From the NCBI GenBank assembly GCA_038496445.1, contig JALMLS010000376.1, positions 434,001 through 498,000 of the forward strand: DNA of 64,000 bases, read 5' to 3'. The notes below the pieces were generated by a model. That model was not told the DNA's origin and ran no database searches. It saw only the letters and a program-made list of their open reading frames with translations. Shown here one piece after another: positions 62,913 through 64,000 of this stretch. The stretch comes from Trichosphaerium sp. ATCC 40318. Lineage: Eukaryota; Protista; Tubulinea. The first letter of the stretch is position 1. Each line of letters begins with the position of its first letter. Made by a program: the position numbers and the translations under genes.

Positions 62913-64000
62913 ATGACACGGCTCACTCTTATTGTATTTGTATTAGCACTTGGTAAGATATTATTTTAGCCTATTTATGACGTTATTATTCAACTTTACA
63001 AGTCGCCACGTGTAGTTTTTTGAAATTAACTAATTTTGTCTTAGTAGCTAATGTTGTTGTATCTAAAAACTGTATCTGTCTGAGCCAACCGGACTGCCTT
63101 TGTACAGAATTAAACAATGAATTTCCTACTTGCGATCTATGTACCGCTTGCGGTCCAATATTAGATGCTTGTACTAATGTCATTAACGCTGGTAATGTCG
63201 GCCAAGTCGGAACTGGCTCTAGTACGTATTTATTGAATTTTATTTATTGAAAAAAACCATCTAAGACCTTGAGGATTACAATGTCTCTTGTACATATTCT
63301 TACCTTAGCTTAGCGGAACCTACCCTCAACATTAACAACCAAGAAAGAAACTGTGTTGTCATTGATGGAGTTACTGTCAATGGAAACATCAACGGCGGTG
63401 GTGACGACTGTATTAGAGTTATCAACGGTGGTGTACTCAACGGCGATGCAAGCGGTAACTGGGGATCAGATTGTATTGAGGTAATCGGACAAGGATCTTC
63501 TATCACTGGACGTGTAAGAGGAGGTACTTAAAGATCTTTTTGTTATGTGAATTTTCTGGAAACGCAGAGCGTCGAGTTTGTTCCTTTTTTTTTTAACCTT
63601 CAATTTAAATTTGTTTTGTCACGTTTTGTACTTCGCCCTCTTATTTTGTCGACACTATAAATACAAATCGTGACCAACAGTTTAATCAAAAAACACCAAC
63701 CACACTCGACTCTCCTTGCGTCACGTTACGTGCCAAACAAAATATAGAAAAAACGACAAGTGCAGTGCTTTTTATTTTTGATCAATGTTTTGTTCTTTTC
63801 CAAATTATACTAAGTTCACGTGTAGACTCTCAAGAAGATTGCGTTCGCGTAAACGGAGGTCATATTGGCGAAGCAAAACTTGGATCAGGAAGAGATTGTC
63901 TTGTTGCTATTGACGCTACTATTGGTTCTTCTACAACGAACGTTGCTGTTGACGGTGAATCTCAAGTTGACTGCTTCATTATCTCTAACACAATCATCGA
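62913..64000 (+). CDS. Secreted protein with Cys-containing RTX-like Gly/Asp repeats (3' truncated by window)
   Basis: Signal MTRLTLIVFVLAL, Cys-rich N-terminus, then GGGDDCIRV, GNWGSDCIEV, DSQEDCVRV, GSGRDCLVA, GESQVDCF. Confidence 0.7.

Noticed and set aside
1-64000. tRNA, rRNA or other structured RNA genes
   Set aside because: None were recognised by eye; tRNAscan-SE and Infernal would be needed to exclude them.

Overview
AT-rich, gene-dense eukaryotic DNA with many short spliceosomal introns (about 40-130 nt, several GC-AG) and a standard genetic code. The gene content suggests a protist, probably an amoeba (inference only). About 20 genes are supportable: two MORN-variant repeat proteins, a microbial-type terpene synthase, an AprA/PqaA protein, a DUF1445 hydro-lyase, a histidine phosphatase, Mpv17/PMP22, a full ABCA transporter, a kinase with a kinase-like remnant, myotubularin, a PB1-TPR-UBA adaptor, a 12-kb secreted mucin with 13 SdrD-B-like domains, a 7TM protein and an RTX-like secreted protein. 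The main finding is at 15.1-29.3 kb, where two divergent RNA-dependent RNA polymerase (RdRP) paralogs form a head-to-head inverted duplication. A 3,140-bp Mutator-like transposon (TIRs, 8-bp TSD, intact-looking DDE core) has inserted into the penultimate exon of one copy. Its ends supply a GT donor and, together with the TSD, an AG acceptor that would splice the whole element out in frame. This makes it a candidate transposase-encoding Introner-like element inside an RNA-silencing gene. All gene models were assembled by eye and no database searches were run.
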